From an uncultured Candidatus Saccharibacteria bacterium (GTDB lineage Bacteria; Patescibacteriota; Saccharimonadia; Saccharimonadales; JAGQNJ01): a DNA stretch of 64,000 bases. A program made the translations under genes and the position numbers. Location of the stretch: positions 175,873-239,872 of the forward strand of contig CAZPVO010000001.1 of the NCBI GenBank assembly GCA_964590205.1. The letters run 5' to 3'. The notes beneath the pieces were generated by a model. It was not told where the DNA came from, searched no databases, and saw nothing but the letters and a program-made list of their open reading frames with translations. This document shows, piece after piece, positions 53,503 to 62,713 of this stretch; position 1 is the first letter of the stretch, and every line of letters starts with the position of its first letter.

Positions 53503-56029
53503 AAAATTCTGTAACAGCTTTTAAGTCACGATCTTTCCAAGTAGCATGCCACTCAATCATTTCCTGACCTTGTTTGATGGCTCGTTCCAGCCCAGGCGCA
53601 TTTACTTTATGAAAAAATGCCAGATATTCTTTTAAGAACTTTTTGTCACTGTAACTTCGGCCAACGTAGACTGGAAATCTAAAAAAACTTAAGTCGGAGC
53701 CAAGATTATCGTTTAACCATGGCCAGTGACCCATTAACCATTTCCAGGTTTTATCACGTGCAAAACGGTTCATAAAACTGTAGGCAACCCAGTAAGAAAC
53801 ATCTTGTAAACGAACTTCAGGTTTATCAATAAGACCGAGTGCCTTATCGATAAGTTTTGGTTGCTTAAATGCTGTCAGAGCAGCTGTTAAGCGAGTTCGC
53901 TCTTCACTGTCATGAGAATTGTTATGTAGGGCGAGTAGCTTTTTAAATTCAGCTTCGCCACCATTGCGTGCCATGGTTGTGTAAATAACAGATCGAAGGT
54001 CTGGTTGAATATCTTCAGCTTTTTTCATTGCTTCGAATTGTTGCTTGGCAATTGCGAGCACAGAAGGTTCTTCAGCTAATGACGCCATGCCTAAAATTGT
54101 TGGACGAAGCAACGTATCAAAATATGGTTCACCTTCGACTTTTTGCCAGCCCAAACGCTCAAGCTGCTTGTTTACTAATTGCCGGATGTACGGTTTCATC
54201 AGATCACGCAGATCCTCATTGTCCATAACCATTCTGAGCTCAGCTATTCCAGAGGCAATAATATCCCAAACTGCTGCGTTATCTTCGTGCTCAAAAGCAG
54301 CCAAAAGTGTCAGTGCGTCGACGGTTTTTGTATAGCCGGCCTTTGCAGCCTCAAAAACGTCAGATAACAATCCTAATCGATCTAAAACGCTTAACTCACC
54401 AGCACTCACTTTCTCGGCAAGTTGACTGACATGCTCCGAGTTATAGGCTACTCGGTAATAGCCACTTCTCTCGGTGTTAAGTAAAAGAGTACTACTTTCG
54501 TTCAGCTCAAATGACGCGTTGGATTTGTCCAGCAATTTGTCTTTAAGCAGTTCATCACTACTCAGAAGTGGAATTGGCCACTTGGTTGTTGATTTGCTTT
54601 TGCCACTCACAATAAAGGTGTGCTGAGACAAGCTAAGCTTATTACTGTCAACCTTTGCTTCCACAATCGGGTAGCCAGGCTGAGATGTCCAGGCGTGCAT
54701 GAAATCTTTGACTGGCTTTTTGCTGGCCTGTTCAAGTGCCGCCCACAAATCAACCGTATCGGTGTTACTGTAGGCATGTTTTTTAAGATATAATTGCAGC
54801 CCTTTTTGGAAAACATCGGGGCTCAGATAGTGCTCGAGCATATGAATAACACTCGAACCTTTGCTATAACTTATTGTGTCAAAAATTGAGTGGATCTCGT
54901 CGGGATGGGCTACTGGCACTTCGATAGGATGAGTGTTCTCAAGCGCATCTAGCTTAAAGGCCGCCTGCTGCTCGTCGGCAATAAACTGTGTCCACATTTG
55001 CCACTCAGGAAAAATGTGATTTACTGCCAAATACTCAACCCAGCTGGCAAAACCTTCATTGAGCCATAAATCGGTCCACCAACGCATGGTAACCAAATTA
55101 CCAAACCACTGATGAGCTAATTCATGACAAACAACCATGGCGACATATTGTTTTGTGCCGACACTACTGTTTGCTGGATCAACTAACATGCATTGTTCTC
55201 GGTAGGTGATGCAGCCCCAGTTTTCCATGGCGCCAGCGGCGAAATCCGGCAGTGCAATCATGTCACACTTCTTCAGAGGATACGGCTGGCCGAAGTATTC
55301 GTTATAAAATTCAAGACACTTTACGGCGACATCAAGCGCAAAATCTGTAAAATCGACTTTGTTTGGCACACTGTAGGTTCGCACCACTGTGCCGGCTTTT
55401 GTTTTAGCTTCTTTATACTTCATTTCACCGTATGCAAATGCCAATAGATACGTTGACATTATCGGAGTTGTTTCAAATGTTGTGGTCGTGATATCTTTGG
55501 CAGCTTTTTGAGTTTTGACTGGTGTGTTGGCCAGCACTGTTTCGCCTTTAGGGGTATGTAGTGTCAAATCAAAAGTGGCTTTGGCTTCCGGCTCATCAAT
55601 ACATGGGAAAACCTGCCTTGCGTAGTGGCTTTCAAACTGAGTAGCAATGATCTGTTTCTTTTTGCCATTTTCTTCAAACAAACACGGATAAATGCCGTTC
55701 ATTGGTGGTGTAATAAGCCCTGAAAATTCCAGATGAATTGTATACTCACCCGGACGTAACATTTCTTTTGTATGCAAGCGAACCTCATCAAACCCTTTAT
55801 GTGTGTTAATACGATCAACTTCAATTGGTTTGCCGGCTTGTTGGATAGTAACGTCAATAATTGTTAGGTCTTTTTGATGAAATGTTAGGCGGTTTGATGG
55901 TCGTCCGGTCTTTTTGCCCGTGATAGTAACATTGCCTTTAAATAACATAGTCGATCTGTCAGGAAACAGCTCGAGTTTGTAGTTCTCAGGGGCAAATTGT
56001 TCAAATAATCGTTTTACCTGCTTAGCCAT
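53477..56029 (-). CDS. pepN: M1-family aminopeptidase N
   Basis: GAMENWG exopeptidase motif and HELAHQWFGNLVT-x18-E zinc site. The start is refined to MAKQVKR (ATG at 56029). Confidence 0.92.
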   Translation of the reverse strand: MAKQVKRLFEQFAPENYKLELFPDRSTMLFKGNVTITGKKTGRPSNRLTFHQKDLTIIDVTIQQAGKPIEVDRINTHKGFDEVRLHTKEMLRPGEYTIHLEFSGLITPPMNGIYPCLFEENGKKKQIIATQFESHYARQVFPCIDEPEAKATFDLTLHTPKGETVLANTPVKTQKAAKDITTTTFETTPIMSTYLLAFAYGEMKYKEAKTKAGTVVRTYSVPNKVDFTDFALDVAVKCLEFYNEYFGQPYPLKKCDMIALPDFAAGAMENWGCITYREQCMLVDPANSSVGTKQYVAMVVCHELAHQWFGNLVTMRWWTDLWLNEGFASWVEYLAVNHIFPEWQMWTQFIADEQQAAFKLDALENTHPIEVPVAHPDEIHSIFDTISYSKGSSVIHMLEHYLSPDVFQKGLQLYLKKHAYSNTDTVDLWAALEQASKKPVKDFMHAWTSQPGYPIVEAKVDSNKLSLSQHTFIVSGKSKSTTKWPIPLLSSDELLKDKLLDKSNASFELNESSTLLLNTERSGYYRVAYNSEHVSQLAEKVSAGELSVLDRLGLLSDVFEAAKAGYTKTVDALTLLAAFEHEDNAAVWDIIASGIAELRMVMDNEDLRDLMKPYIRQLVNKQLERLGWQKVEGEPYFDTLLRPTILGMASLAEEPSVLAIAKQQFEAMKKAEDIQPDLRSVIYTTMARNGGEAEFKKLLALHNNSHDSEERTRLTAALTAFKQPKLIDKALGLIDKPEVRLQDVSYWVAYSFMNRFARDKTWKWLMGHWPWLNDNLGSDLSFFRFPVYVGRSYSDKKFLKEYLAFFHKVNAPGLERAIKQGQEMIEWHATWKDRDLKAVTEFFKANQQTQ

Positions 56030-56056
56030 GTACCTCATTCTATCACGCACGTGCGG

Positions 56057-56085
56057 TTGATTTCTGTTTTGATTATTGCTACAAT
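56057..56085 (+). promoter_or_regulatory. Sigma70-type promoter of nusA
   Basis: TTGATT-17 nt-TACAAT with a TG extension (TGCTACAAT). Confidence 0.55.
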
Positions 56086-56139
56086 ACATCTGTTCAAGTC
56101 GGCCAGCAGGTCGATTTTTTTAATGAAAGGACCAAAAAC

Positions 56140-57333
56140 GTGGAACTTGATATGAAACAACTCGCACTAGCCGTGCGGACTATTGCCGAGGAAAAAAACC
56201 TTCCTGAAGAAGCTGTTCAGAATATTGTCGAGCAGGCTCTCGCTGCTGCTTATCGCCGAGATTACGGCGATCGTGAACAAGAAGTGCGCGTAACCATGAA
56301 TTTAAATAATGGTGACGTTGATGCATATGTTACCAAGCAAATTGTTGATGAAGTGACTGATGAACGAACCGAGATTAGCCTGAAAGAAGCTCAAGTGCGT
56401 CGTAAAAACGCTCAAGTGGGTGAAGAAATTGAAGTACACGAAGAAGTAAAAAACTTTGGTCGTGTGGCTGCGCAGACTGCTAAACAGGTTATTTTACAGC
56501 GGCTTCGTGAAGCAGAACGTGAGATTATTATGGCCGAATATGAAGATAAAATCGGCACTGTTATTAATGGAATTGTGGCTCGAGTGGAAGGGCGTATGGT
56601 TCGGGTTGATCTTGGCAAGGCTCAGGCGATTATGCCAGGCTCAGAGCAGATTCAAGGTGAACATTATTATCCTGGACAACGAGTCAAAGTATATCTAAAA
56701 GATGTTGAGCGTGGTCAGCGTGGTCCGCAGTTGATAGTTTCTCGTGGCAGTACAGAATTCGTAGAATGGTTATTCCGCGCTGAAGTTCCAGAAATGGAAA
56801 GTGGTGCCGTTGAAATCAAGAAAATCGCCCGTGAAGCCGGTGTAAGAAGCAAAATCGCTGTACACAGCACTGTTCCTGGTGTTGATCCTGTCGGGACATT
56901 CGTTGGTGGACACGGAACCCGCGTAAATGCAGTTATGAGCGAGATTGGCGAGCAAGAAAAGATCGACATCATCATTTGGGATGAAGATTCAGCCTCATTT
57001 ATTACCAACTCACTCAGCCCAACCAAAGTCGATAAAGTTGAAATCAACGAAAAAGATAAAAAGGCGACAATTATCGTTCCTGAGGATCAGTTAAGTATTG
57101 CGATTGGTAAAAGCGGTCAAAATGTCCGTTTAGCCAGCAAACTAACTGGCTATGAGCTTGATATTGCCCAAAAAGAAGAAGGTGCAAAAAAGTCTGAAGA
57201 AAAGCCAGCTGAACCTGTTGATGACAAGCCAAAAGCTCCACCAAAACTAAAGAAGAAATCAGAGCTGGAATCTAACTTGCTCGAAGCTATCGCCGAACAC
57301 GGCACTGAAGACACCGAAGAAAACAAGGAGTAA
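56140..57333 (+). CDS. nusA: Transcription termination/antitermination factor NusA
   Basis: N-terminal domain, S1 and two KH regions (SIAIGKSGQNVRLASKLTG). GTG start with gaaagga 8 nt upstream; the alternative is ATG 56152. Confidence 0.9.
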   Translation: MELDMKQLALAVRTIAEEKNLPEEAVQNIVEQALAAAYRRDYGDREQEVRVTMNLNNGDVDAYVTKQIVDEVTDERTEISLKEAQVRRKNAQVGEEIEVHEEVKNFGRVAAQTAKQVILQRLREAEREIIMAEYEDKIGTVINGIVARVEGRMVRVDLGKAQAIMPGSEQIQGEHYYPGQRVKVYLKDVERGQRGPQLIVSRGSTEFVEWLFRAEVPEMESGAVEIKKIAREAGVRSKIAVHSTVPGVDPVGTFVGGHGTRVNAVMSEIGEQEKIDIIIWDEDSASFITNSLSPTKVDKVEINEKDKKATIIVPEDQLSIAIGKSGQNVRLASKLTGYELDIAQKEEGAKKSEEKPAEPVDDKPKAPPKLKKKSELESNLLEAIAEHGTEDTEENKE

Positions 57334-57337
57334 GGGT

Positions 57338-57652
57338 ATGTCCACACCAGAACAAGAAGCCTACATTGAAGCAGCAGGTGAGTTTCGACATATTGTGAGT
57401 AAGGTGTTAGCTAAACCCATTGACTCTGTTCCAACCGACTTTAGTAAGTATGTATCAGAGTGCGACGATACTGTCGACGCTCTGGACTTATGTGAGATCG
57501 TTATGGCTGCTGAGGAACACTTTGGAATACGGCTTGTTGATCAAGACGAATTCGAACACGTCGTATATACAAAACCAGAATCTGTCGGTACTATGCCGAT
57601 GCCAAAAAACGATCTCACACTTGACGAGATTTTTGGACTGTTCTTACAATAA
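57338..57652 (+). CDS. Acyl-carrier-protein-like protein lacking the phosphopantetheine-attachment Ser
   Basis: DTVDALDLCEIVMAAEEHFGIRLVDQDEFE aligns with the ACP sequence [28 protein letters not shown]. The DSL Ser is Ala here. Confidence 0.6.
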   Translation: MSTPEQEAYIEAAGEFRHIVSKVLAKPIDSVPTDFSKYVSECDDTVDALDLCEIVMAAEEHFGIRLVDQDEFEHVVYTKPESVGTMPMPKNDLTLDEIFGLFLQ

Positions 57653-57653
57653 A

Positions 57654-57680
57654 TTAGCACTCTGGGTTGACGAGTGCCAA
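57654..57680. promoter_or_regulatory. CIRCE-like inverted repeat (HrcA operator type) overlapping the clpC promoter
   Basis: TTAGCACTC-tgggttgac-GAGTGCcAA compared with consensus TTAGCACTC-N9-GAGTGCTAA: 17 of 18 arm positions match. Confidence 0.7.
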
Positions 57681-57695
57681 TACTTGAGCTATATT
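57667..57695 (+). promoter_or_regulatory. Sigma70-type promoter of clpC
   Basis: TTGACG-17 nt-TATATT, about 50 nt upstream of the ATG. Confidence 0.6.
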
Positions 57696-57745
57696 AAGTG
57701 GTAGCGATGCTAAAATTAATCGCGGGATAGGGTTAAAATATATCT

Positions 57746-60223
57746 ATGATGCCAAGTTCACCAGACTTTCAAGATTTTCTGCAGCATTTAACTGATAATG
57801 CACTGCAAAGTTTGAAACATGCCGATGCTATTGCGAGAAGTTTCGGCAGTGCCTACATTGGCACGGAGCATTTACTGCTTGGTGTATTGGCACAAGACAG
57901 TTCGATGGGCGCTAAAGTACTCGAGAACGCTGGAGTAACACTCGACCGTGCCCGTGTAGCTTTAAATCTGACACCAAAAACCATGGTTATAAACATGGGT
58001 GCTAAAGGTTTGAGCGAAACAGCTAAACTGACGCTCAAGATGGCATATGACATTGCGCAGGACTTTAATCAAGAACACTGCGGCACGGAACATATTTTAT
58101 ATAGTATTCTCAGCCAAAAGAACGCGCGCGCAACCTTATTGCTTAAAGATATGAGTATTGATATCGATGCATTGGTTAGCGAATTAGAGCAATTTTTGAA
58201 TCGTCAGCAGTATGAAGATGGCGAATCAAACCCTGCAGCAACCAGACGACTGAAAAAAGGTCGTAAAACAGCGCTGGATTTCTTTGGAACAGACTTAACA
58301 GCTCAAGCCCGTTCAGGCAAACTCGACCCAGTTGTGGGTCGCGAAGCTCAAATTCGTCGTGTTGTAACTATTTTGAACCGTCGGACCAAGAATAACCCTG
58401 TGCTCATTGGCGAGCCAGGTGTGGGTAAGACCGCCATTGTTGAAGGTTTAGCGCAGCGAATTGTAAACGAAGATGTGCCGGATAGCCTGCTGGACAAGAG
58501 AATTGTACTGTTGGATCTTGCAGGCATGATTGCTGGCACCAAATATCGTGGTGAATTCGAAGAACGTCTTAAAAAAGTTATGGGCGAGCTCGAGAACGAC
58601 AGCAAAACTATTATCTTCATTGACGAGCTGCACTTAATCGTTGGCGCTGGCGCTGCCGAAGGTGCGATGGATGCCGGCAATATTCTTAAGCCAGCATTGG
58701 CTCGCGGAAAAATCCAAGTTATTGGCGCCACAACAACAGTTGAATACACCAAACACATCGAAAAAGATGCAGCGTTGGAGCGACGATTCCAGCCAATACA
58801 GGTTCCCGAAACGACTGTTCCCGAAACAATCGCAATTCTAAAGGGGCTTAAAAAGCATTATGAAAAATTCCATGGTGTAAAAATTAGCGACGAAGTGCTC
58901 GAAGATACTGTTAATCTTGCCAGCCGTTACATCAATGATCGCTTTATGCCGGATAAAGCTATTGACCTGCTCGATGAAACAGCCGCGCATTTGCGCATTG
59001 ATAAAGGACGCACACCACCAGAAGTTCGCAAACTACAGAAAGAGCTTAAACTCGTAAATGATCGCATTGAGGATGCCGTTGACGCTGAAGATTATGAAAA
59101 AGCGGCACAGTACAAGACTCGTGCCAGTCAAATTTATAGTGAGCTGAAAAAACTCCAGGCTCACGAGAAAGCGACTAAGCGAATTGTCATGACCAGTGAA
59201 GATATTGCCGAAATTGTGGCTCGAACTACTGGTGTGCCTGTAAAGAAAGTTATCCGTTCAGAAGCGAAGTACTTACTAAATCTCGAAAAAACACTAGGTA
59301 AACACATTATTGGTCAGCAAGAAGCCTTGGATGTGGTTGCCAAAGCTGTTCGACGTAATCGCTCTGGCATTAGTAGCGGTAAACGCCCAATCGGTTCATT
59401 TGTATTCTTAGGCCCAACCGGTGTTGGTAAAACTGAACTAGCTCGAGTACTGGCCCGTGAATTCTTTGGCAGCGAGGAAGCCTTAGTAAAAATTGACATG
59501 AGCGAATTTGGCGAACATCACACTGTTTCGCGATTGGTAGGAGCGCCAGCTGGCTACGTTGGTTACGAAGAAGGTGGCCAACTAACAGATAAAATTCGTA
59601 GACAGCCGTATAGTTTAGTGCTCTTTGATGAGATTGAAAAAGCCCACCCGGAAGTTTTTAATATGTTGCTGCAAATCCTTGAAGACGGCCATTTAACAGA
59701 TGCCAAAGGTCGCAAGATTGATTTTACAAACACGATCGTGATCATGACCAGCAATCTCGGTGCAGAAAAGCTACAGAAAGAAGTTAACTTGGGCTTTTCA
59801 GCCAGTGACGCCAGCGACTTTAAAGATCTTGATAAGCTTCATGCTAACAACAAAGATAAAGTTGAAGGCGATCTCAAAAAAATGCTCCGGCCGGAGCTAT
59901 TGAATCGAATTGATAAGATTATCGTTTTTCGTGCACTGACTAAAAAAGATGTTTTGCGAATTCTTGACATGCAAATTTCCGAACTGCGCAACAGACTTAT
60001 TAAACACGGCCTCGGTTTGCAGCTAACTAGTGCAGCAAAGAATTACTTGCTCGAAAATGGTTACGACGCCCAAAATGGTGTTCGGCCGATGCGACGACTT
60101 ATTCAAGATACCATCGAAGACCGCATTGCCTCTGAACTTTTAAGCGAAAAATATCAAAAAGGCAATATCGTAGAAGTTGGTTCCAAACTAAAAGAATTAA
60201 GCTACAGCATTATCTCAGAATAA
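57746..60223 (+). CDS. clpC: ATP-dependent Clp protease ATP-binding subunit ClpC
   Basis: Two Clp_N repeats, two AAA+ modules ([16 protein letters not shown]), a short UVR-type middle domain, and an LGF ClpP-docking loop. Confidence 0.9.
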   Translation: MMPSSPDFQDFLQHLTDNALQSLKHADAIARSFGSAYIGTEHLLLGVLAQDSSMGAKVLENAGVTLDRARVALNLTPKTMVINMGAKGLSETAKLTLKMAYDIAQDFNQEHCGTEHILYSILSQKNARATLLLKDMSIDIDALVSELEQFLNRQQYEDGESNPAATRRLKKGRKTALDFFGTDLTAQARSGKLDPVVGREAQIRRVVTILNRRTKNNPVLIGEPGVGKTAIVEGLAQRIVNEDVPDSLLDKRIVLLDLAGMIAGTKYRGEFEERLKKVMGELENDSKTIIFIDELHLIVGAGAAEGAMDAGNILKPALARGKIQVIGATTTVEYTKHIEKDAALERRFQPIQVPETTVPETIAILKGLKKHYEKFHGVKISDEVLEDTVNLASRYINDRFMPDKAIDLLDETAAHLRIDKGRTPPEVRKLQKELKLVNDRIEDAVDAEDYEKAAQYKTRASQIYSELKKLQAHEKATKRIVMTSEDIAEIVARTTGVPVKKVIRSEAKYLLNLEKTLGKHIIGQQEALDVVAKAVRRNRSGISSGKRPIGSFVFLGPTGVGKTELARVLAREFFGSEEALVKIDMSEFGEHHTVSRLVGAPAGYVGYEEGGQLTDKIRRQPYSLVLFDEIEKAHPEVFNMLLQILEDGHLTDAKGRKIDFTNTIVIMTSNLGAEKLQKEVNLGFSASDASDFKDLDKLHANNKDKVEGDLKKMLRPELLNRIDKIIVFRALTKKDVLRILDMQISELRNRLIKHGLGLQLTSAAKNYLLENGYDAQNGVRPMRRLIQDTIEDRIASELLSEKYQKGNIVEVGSKLKELSYSIISE

Positions 60224-60227
60224 CTCG

Positions 60228-60233
60228 TATAAT
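60228..60233 (+). promoter_or_regulatory. -10 box TATAAT, 9 nt before the ATG at 60243
   Basis: Direct read. Confidence 0.4.
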
Positions 60234-60242
60234 TTAAATGTA

Positions 60243-61229
60243 ATGCGACCAAATCAATCATCGTTTGGTAAGTTTCTTGGCAAGCTGCTATTTTTTGCAG
60301 TGTTAATTTCGTTGCCAGTTATATTTTGGCTCAATCACCAGAAGATTTACGACTGGTGGCGGCTACGCAATTATACGCCGTCGGCCGAAGTTCAGACACT
60401 CGCAACCAATACGACAATGAATGATGCCACTCGCAAAGTGTTTTATATCAATCATCCTGCAATTGAAGATGGCCAGCAGCTAAGTTCTGATTGTCGCGAA
60501 TCTGAGCGAACCATTGTTTTAGGCTGTTATATTAATGGAAAAGGCATTTTTATCTATAACGTGAGTGATGCACGGTTGAATGGCGTTAAAGAAGTTACTT
60601 CTGCACACGAGACACTGCATGCTGAATACGATCGTTTGTCACCGGATGAACGGACAAGTGTTGATCAGATGACACAAGCAGCGTATGCCCAAGTAACTGA
60701 CCAGCGCATCAAGGACACAGTTGAACAATACCGCAAACAGGATCCAAGTGTTGTGCCTAATGAGCTTCACTCAATTTTGGGGACAGAAGTGCGTAATTTG
60801 CCACCAGAACTAGAGAATTACTATAGGCGCTATTTTGATGATCGCTCGAAGATTGTGGCATATTCGGAAGGCTACGAAAGCGAGTTTAGCTCTCGTCAGG
60901 CCAAAGTGAGTGCTTACGATGCTCAACTTGCCACTATGAAAAAACAGATTGATGATAACCAACAAAGCTTGGCCACCCAGTCAGAGGCGATTAAACAAGA
61001 AAGAGCACGTCTTAATCAGCTCAAACAGAGTGGTAATTTTGAAGCATATAACAGCGGAGTTGATGCCTTTAATAGACAGGTTAGCGCATACAACGCTCTT
61101 GCCGATCAAACCAGTCAATTAATCACCAACTACAACAATCTTGTTGCCCAACGAAACGCTGTGGCCGTAGAGGTTAACGACCTAGCCAAAGCCATTGATT
61201 CTCGTCCGCAAGGGATTTCCAGCCAATAA
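60243..61229 (+). CDS. Membrane-anchored protein with HExxH motif and C-terminal coiled coil
   Basis: N-terminal TM helix, AHETLHAEY (HExxH), and a Gln/Asn-rich heptad-like C-terminal third. Confidence 0.5.
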   Translation: MRPNQSSFGKFLGKLLFFAVLISLPVIFWLNHQKIYDWWRLRNYTPSAEVQTLATNTTMNDATRKVFYINHPAIEDGQQLSSDCRESERTIVLGCYINGKGIFIYNVSDARLNGVKEVTSAHETLHAEYDRLSPDERTSVDQMTQAAYAQVTDQRIKDTVEQYRKQDPSVVPNELHSILGTEVRNLPPELENYYRRYFDDRSKIVAYSEGYESEFSSRQAKVSAYDAQLATMKKQIDDNQQSLATQSEAIKQERARLNQLKQSGNFEAYNSGVDAFNRQVSAYNALADQTSQLITNYNNLVAQRNAVAVEVNDLAKAIDSRPQGISSQ

Positions 61230-61244
61230 CGGCGGCTTTGCCTT

Positions 61245-61298
61245 TTGAGAGGGGAACATCCCCTCTCAACGCGCCAAGCAAAAAATGTGATTTTTGCT
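61245..61298 (+). other. Two consecutive perfect hairpins downstream of the gene at 60243
   Basis: ttgagagggg-aacat-cccctctcaa (61245-61269) and agcaaaaa-atgtga-tttttgct (61277-61298). Neither has a clear U-tract. Confidence 0.4.
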
Positions 61299-61357
61299 CG
61301 GGCTCTCTCCCCTGAAATCTATTGAATTACTTACTTCTTTTACATATCGCAAGTTTT

Positions 61358-61366
61358 TGATATAAA
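61358..61366 (+). promoter_or_regulatory. Extended -10-like box (TGATATAAA), 9 nt before the radA ATG
   Basis: Direct read. Confidence 0.4.
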
Positions 61367-61375
61367 CTAGGCGCT

Positions 61376-62713
61376 ATGGCTAAGAATACGACGAGATATG
61401 TGTGTAGCAACTGTGGGGCTGAAACCACAACGTGGGCTGGCCGCTGCCATGTTTGCGGAGAGTGGAATACTCTTGAGGAACAATTGAGTGAAACGGCGGT
61501 AACTCAACCGCAAGGACACAAATTAACGACTGAAAAAGTTTCCCAAGCGATTCGCTCCGACAATAAACGCTTCAACATCAATATTGGTGACACAGATACG
61601 GTATTTGGCGGAGGAGTAGTGCCTGGCAGTGTTATTTTAATGGCTGGTGAACCAGGCATCGGTAAAAGTACCGTATTGCTACAAATTAGCAATGCAGTCG
61701 CCAAATCTCATAATGTGCTGTATGTGAGTGGGGAAGAATCCACGCACCAGGTTGGGCTCCGCGCCAAACGGCTTAAAGCAAGCAGTGCCAAACTTTCGAT
61801 CACATCGGCTAATTTTGCAGATGACGTCGCCGCCAGTATGCTCAGTGGCAATTATGATCTGGTGATTGTTGACTCAATCCAAACCATTACTTGTGCTCAA
61901 CTAAAAAGTGCTGCAGGCACGGTCAGTCAAATCACTAGCAGCACACACTTACTTATGTCGGCAGCCAAAAAGAGCAATACGGCTGTTATATTAGTTGGCC
62001 ATGTTACCAAAGAAGGTGCGATTGCTGGGCCAAAAATTTTAGAACACATTGTTGACGTTGTGCTGCAGCTTGAAGGGGATCGCTACGGTGGCTTTAAAGT
62101 ACTTCGAAGCATAAAAAACCGCTTCGGCTCAACAAACGAAGTAGCTATATTTGAGATGGTTGAGGAGGGCCTAAAACCAGTCGACAACCCATCCAAGGCA
62201 CTTTTAGCTGAGCGGCAGGTTACTGATGGCTCTGTCGTGCTGGCGACTATGGAAGGCTCACGGCCAGTGCTGGTAGAAGTTCAGGCGCTGGTTAATAAAA
62301 CAGCCTACGGCTATCCAAAAAGGGCTTCCAGTGGCATTGATTTGAATCGACTTAACTTGCTGATTGCCATGCTTGAGCGACGGACTAAACTATCACTATT
62401 TGATCAAGACATTTATATCAATATTGTTGGAGGTATTCGTATTACTGAGCCGGCAGCTGATTTAGCTGTCTGTATGGCAATTGCATCTGCAGCAAAAGGC
62501 ATGAGCCTCAAGAAAAACGCCGTCGTATTTGGCGAAGTTGGGCTCTCAGGCGAAGTTCGTCATGTGCCATATATCGAAAAACGAATCGTTGAGGCTAAAA
62601 AGCTTGGTTTTGAGGCAGCAATAGGCCCAGTAGTAAAGACGGGCAAAAAACCAGCTCTACTGCACGGCGTCAATCACATTCGAACCGCGCTTAATACATT
62701 CTTAGAGATTTAA
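61376..62713 (+). CDS. radA: DNA repair protein RadA/Sms
   Basis: CxxC-x-CxxC zinc finger, GEPGIGKST Walker A, KNRFG motif, Lon-like C-terminal domain. Confidence 0.93.
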   Translation: MAKNTTRYVCSNCGAETTTWAGRCHVCGEWNTLEEQLSETAVTQPQGHKLTTEKVSQAIRSDNKRFNINIGDTDTVFGGGVVPGSVILMAGEPGIGKSTVLLQISNAVAKSHNVLYVSGEESTHQVGLRAKRLKASSAKLSITSANFADDVAASMLSGNYDLVIVDSIQTITCAQLKSAAGTVSQITSSTHLLMSAAKKSNTAVILVGHVTKEGAIAGPKILEHIVDVVLQLEGDRYGGFKVLRSIKNRFGSTNEVAIFEMVEEGLKPVDNPSKALLAERQVTDGSVVLATMEGSRPVLVEVQALVNKTAYGYPKRASSGIDLNRLNLLIAMLERRTKLSLFDQDIYINIVGGIRITEPAADLAVCMAIASAAKGMSLKKNAVVFGEVGLSGEVRHVPYIEKRIVEAKKLGFEAAIGPVVKTGKKPALLHGVNHIRTALNTFLEI

